Positions 59,080 to 64,000 of a stretch of DNA of 64,000 nt are shown here, piece by piece; position 1 is the first letter of the stretch, and each line of letters starts with the position of its first letter. The notes beneath the pieces were generated by a model. That model made no database searches. It worked only from the letters and a program-made list of their open reading frames with translations, and was not told the DNA's origin. The translations under genes were made by a program, and so were the position numbers. Origin of the DNA: Trichosphaerium sp. ATCC 40318 (lineage: Eukaryota; Protista; Tubulinea); the NCBI GenBank assembly GCA_038496445.1, contig JALMLS010000027.1:1-64000 (forward strand). The letters run 5' to 3'.

Positions 59080-62000
59080 GAATGCGCAGCTCGTACGTTA
59101 TCTTTTTTTCTTTTTTTTCTTGCGATCTGCAGAACTCAACTTTTCTCTCCAAATTCGGATCCAAACGCTATAATTCGCTCGTCAACGACTGTTTTAACCC
59201 AATGGTAGGTTCTGCTCTTCGTTCAGTTATTTATTATACAAAATGGTACGTATTTCCATAAAGAAGCGTGTTGCTGATCAACTCGGTTTAGTTATGTCTC
59301 AACTTGTGACTACAACTCTTGTGCCTGACTTGGTCTCTCCTTTTGACAGACCCGCCCCTGGTGCTAGGCTCGTACATACCGTTATCATAGACTCGGCTTG
59401 TAGTTTGGTACGTTTGAAGCGCCTCAGGCAGATATTCTATACACAAAATATGTACTGTACGTACTTACTTTCAATAGACCGGTACCGAGGCGTCAAACTG
59501 GGCTTCTCCTATCCTTATTACAACCAATGGTGACGATCCTGGGTTGGCACTTGCAGATTTTAGTTCGGGTCTCACTGTGATTCCTTCAGATGGTGACCTT
59601 ACAGGTCTGGCATTTCCTCTTAATTTGAGATATGAGTACACTCTTCCTTCTGGTGGGCAAAACTACACTGAATTGAGTTTCGTTACCCCAGTCGGTTTTT
59701 GTGACTCTACTGCAACCGGTCCTAGCGGAGAAGATACACAGCAAATACAAACTGATTTCATCCCGCCAGCTCTTTCAAACTCTGTGGCGCTTTCTGTACG
59801 CACAATTTTTATAGCACGTTAAAACAAATTCTGTACATATTCTGTGTTCTATTTTTAGTATCTACAAACTAACTATTGTGTAGGGTAACCAAATTGTATC
59901 ACAAACGCCAGCCACGTTTGATGTCAGATTTACTATTGATGATGCCAGCGCTTTGTTTGTGGGTGCAACTTTAAATAACTTTGGTACTTCCAACGTAGAG
60001 ATTCTTGGTCCTGGCACCCCTACAGTGCAGCTTTCCAACGTCGATACATCCCTCGCACCTCCACAAGCTGTGCAGTTAACGTATTCTGTTACTGTTGGAG
60101 AAGCCGACTCTGGAATGTACTCGTTTCAATTAATAAATAATGTACGGTATTGCTTTCTCTCAACCCTACCTCACCTTCTTGTTAGGCTGCTATCGCAGAT
60201 AGCGCAGGTAATTCATACTTAGCCGCTGCTGTACTCTCTGTAGATGTGGACAGTAAGCCTCCAACTGCAACTACAACAAGCACTGCTCAGGACTCTACGA
60301 TTTTCCCTCGTTCGTTTACTTTGAACATTGGCTTTGATGAGCCTGTACTAAGCGCTGGAGCTGAGTTAGTTATTAAAACTTCTACAGGCACTGTAGTACC
60401 TGCTGCAGGATGTAAGTATTAGCGTTCATCAAGTGTATTCTAATATTGTTTTAGACCTTGCAACTTTTAGCCAACCAACTGCTTCTAATTTCTCGTACTC
60501 AATTACCGCCAACACTCAATTTGCTCCTTTTGAGGACATCATTTTCAGTCTCGTTGGAGTAACTGATTTGGTCGGTAATGAATTTCCAGAAGATTCCTTA
60601 CTCCCAAGCCCTATTACTGTTGATGTTATTGTACGTCATTACTCTTGTTTGCTTTCTACAGTGCTAATGATACAATCAGAATCCCCTCATAAGTAATGCT
60701 GATACAATACCTACTGAGAACATTAAAGTTCAGGGCGCCATTGATTTGGTAGTTACCTTTAGCGAATTACTGGATGAAGATTCAGTCAGCAGTGGAGATT
60801 TGGATTTCTTACTTGATGGTGTTGCTATGTGTACGTTTTTTTTTCTTTTTCACCAGTTTACGTTGGATATGTTTTTCCTAATATTTTTACTTTAGCTGGT
60901 CTCGCTACTGTTGGAACACCTACTTTTGCCAATGACGGCAGTAGGACTACCGTTACATGGCCTATTAATATTGCAGATAATTCGGTACAACCTTTTTCTC
61001 TTTTCGAAAAAATTGTTGAACTTTCACTCATCCAAATCGTAGGGTACACTTTCTGTGCGCATCCTAGAAACTGGTCAGTTTATTACTGATGTAGCTGGAA
61101 ACAATTTCTTGGGTAGTACTGTCCAAGGTGGTTCCCAACTTGGTCAACCATTCCGTTCCCTAGTACTTGATTTCGTGGATCCTGTATTTATTGACACAAA
61201 TGACAATTCTTCAATCAGAGGAACTTTGTTCACGCATACAATTGAATTCGATGAAGACGTATTTGGTTTAAACGCAGCAGCTATTACGATCACACCTTAT
61301 CCAGTTGCGGACAACGTCTTTTTTATGTCTCTTCCTTTGAACATCGAACCTGTGTTCGCTGTTAACTCCGCAGTTACTACAAGAACTATGACGTTTGAAC
61401 AAGTCTTTACGGCAGCAACCAAACAAAATTGCATTAATGACCTTGCTCTCTACCCTCCCATGCTCTCGTGCAATGGAATTGTACCTTCCAGTCCACAAGC
61501 TTACACTGCCGTATCTGGTGTTGTAACTGTAGACGTTACTCCCAATCTAGTTTCGGACATTACCATTGATACACGCAATAATTTCAGTGAATCAGCTGCT
61601 GTTGTTTACACAGTTGATTTTGCTTTTCCTGAAATTTATCAAGTACGTCCATTTTGCTGTACAACAGCTCCCACGGCCTTCAACTAAATTTTCATTAGTG
61701 TACCGTAACTAGTGGAGGCAGTCCTGCTACCCCCGACACTAGGCTCGGTGTTTCCTTCTTTCTTGACTGTGATTTCTCTGAAATAGTTGATGATTCCGCT
61801 AAAACCGAGTCAACTATTGCTACCGCTCCTGGTTTGAGTTTAGTTCAGATCAGCGATAATGGAGAATACTCTTCAGCAAGATGGGCATTCAACTTGCAAC
61901 CAGAGTGCGGTTTTTTTTTTTTTGGAATCAAGCAGAACTAATGTTTTTACTAGATCAACTGAGACCACCTTTTCATTTCGAATCGCCCCTAATTCACGTG

Positions 62001-64000
62001 TTGTTGATTTGCGTGGCAACTCTCTTCGAGCTTACAACTTAGCCTTTACAAACATTGATGTTGTGAGTCCAACTGCCCTTACACCAACTGTAAACACCAC
62101 AGTCCACCCTGGTGCTTCTCTCGCAACCACGTTTGGTAAAACGATTGTACTTGCCGTTAGTTTCTCTGAGAATGTAACGTACGTTATTTTTTCGTAAAGT
62201 AATTCTATTGGTTTAGTATTTGTTAACAAACCATTTAGTGGAGCTGAAGCAGTAGATGTTTCGTCATCCTTTGACGGGTTTGGTAGTAACGGAATTGTGA
62301 GTTACGACGTAACACCTGTTGGCATGTCTAAACAAGACTACGTCATCACTATTGAAGTGGCAGATGGCTTGGAACTTACTGGTACTTTTGATTTTACAGA
62401 CAGCAGTAGTGCTGCCGTTCAAGATGAAGGTACGTTGGAATCAAAAAAACCCTTAATTTTTCTTTTTCTGATAATACTATTTAGCTGTACCTTCCAACTC
62501 TCTTCTTCCTTTTGAAGCAATCTCTTTGACAGTTGATACTGTAAAACCTACACTTGTGGGAGCATCACCTGCTAGCGGTAGCCCCGCTTTCCGTGTTGTA
62601 CGTAGTTTATCTATTTCAACAAAGAAATACGCATTTGTTCTCACACAACTTAGGGCGGTAGTGGCATTACGTTCGAGTTCGAATTGGAATTCAGTGAGCC
62701 TGTTACTGGAGTAAATGCTACCTCTATCGAAATTATGGACTCTAACTTTGCTATCACTAAAGTTGGTAAGTTGATTTTACCTTGTTTTTTAACCGTTCTT
62801 ACACTTTGTAGCTACTGTTGGTGCTAGTACAGTACACCAATTCGAAATTGAAAATCTTGATCCTAATTTGCTTCGTCCAACAAGCACCTTTACCATTGTA
62901 TTCAATTCTGAAGCCGTTATTTTGGTATGGAGCTTAAACACTGTCTCTTTGTTTACGTATTTCCTTAGGATACTGCTAATCCACCCAACCAATTGGATAT
63001 TTCCGGTATATCCAGCACATTCTCTTATGAATATGATACATTCGGTCCTGCTATAACCGATGTTGATGTTTCTAGCGCTGTTAGTGAGTTTGCGTCTACA
63101 ATAGGAAACTTTGTTCGTGCTACTAGCAACGGTGCTATAAGAGTCGTATGGACTTTTGACGAGCGTGTTGGCGCAGGAGCTAGCCAAGACGGCAGATTAA
63201 CCTCTAATCATGTTGTATTGAAAGACAGTACTTCTAATCCAGTTCTAACAAGCTCAGTTGGTACTTTTATTGTTTCCGCAAATGGTGAGGGTGATGTGTG
63301 GACAACCGCCATATTTTTGAACCCAGATCCTATGAATGATGGTGTACAATTCTCTCTTGGATTTTCCACCACATCGCCAACTGTAGTTACTGATGAACCA
63401 TCTCCGGCTGCTACAAACTTTGTTGTAAATGATGCCTCTCAAATGGAATTTGATGCGAGCAGTTTTATTTTCACAGTTGATATCACGGTATGTAATCGCT
63501 CTCTTTTTTTTTATTCCAAATATTTTGTTTGTTCAAATACTCATGTTTTTCAGAAACCGCAAGTGGATACATTTGCCCCGGTAAACAAAAGCACACAAAG
63601 ACCACCACTCAATGCTGCTGAAAAACGACCAAGATCGTTTATTTTGACTGTTGAGTTCAGCGAGAATGTTTATATTAGAGATCAAACAGCTCTTGATGAA
63701 TTCATTACTTGTGAACTGCAAGGTGGAGGTGTTTGCCCTGGGTTCACGGTAGAGTGTGATGGTACAAACATGGGTTGCCAATTCGGCTCCACAGGAACTA
63801 TGCAATACAACTTCACTGTATCATTTACTGATGTGAGTCTACTTTCAAATTCCTCAAAACTTGTAATTAATGGTATTAGGATGCTGCTGTTGTTTTGGGC
63901 TGTAACGAAAACAGCGCTCTCGATAGAGCAAACAATGTCCCTGATTCAACCTGCTCTTATGCTGTTGTTATCGATGGAGCAGAACCAAATGCTACTTTTA
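59080..64000 (+). CDS. Large S/T/V-rich surface protein with tandem bacterial-type Ig-like (Big) repeats; continues beyond the window
   Basis: Repeated D..P...V.F(S/D)E.V.G and D.(A/V/R)GN motifs (IGFDEPV, VTFSELL, IEFDEDVFG, VSFSENV, LEFSEPVTG, VEFSENV; DSAGN, DLVGN, DVAGN, DLRGN) over many exons. Start uncertain. Confidence 0.75.

Noticed and set aside
1-64000. Alternative genetic code, suggested by the divergent eRF1 and the fragmented ORFs
   Set aside because: Fragmentation is explained by introns. Conserved genes end at TAA, TAG and TGA, and their exons lack in-frame stops.

Overview
AT-rich (roughly 35% GC), gene-dense eukaryotic nuclear DNA from a protist. The gene content suggests an amoebozoan-like organism, but that is inference. 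About 33 genes and gene remnants are broken by many short (mostly 35-120 nt) spliceosomal introns with GTACGT/GTAAGT/GTATGT donors, occasional GC donors and CTAAC-like branch points, so the supplied ORF track shows only exon fragments; gene models below were spliced by eye and boundaries are approximate. Housekeeping-type genes include DCAF4-like WD40, NUDT16, BTB-BACK, SmF, ZCCHC8-like, a P-loop kinase, a patatin, a vWA protein and a tandem RhoGAP. The most striking element is a family with two members here: tandem ~70-aa Trp-rich repeats (nine in the complete copy) fused to a C-terminal PD-(D/E)xK/RAP-like nuclease domain, a TALEN- or PPR-nuclease-like layout. Other unusual architectures are a BTB-Fis1 tail-anchored fusion, a YbaK plus EMAPII tRNA-binding fusion, an eRF1 paralog with GGQ intact but stop-codon motifs lost, a CaaX pseudo-GTPase, a CheD/CNF1-like deamidase, a TIMP-like protein and several bacteria- or virus-like genes. 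The palindrome CACGTG is strongly over-represented. No rRNA, tRNA, CRISPR array or intact mobile element was recognised.
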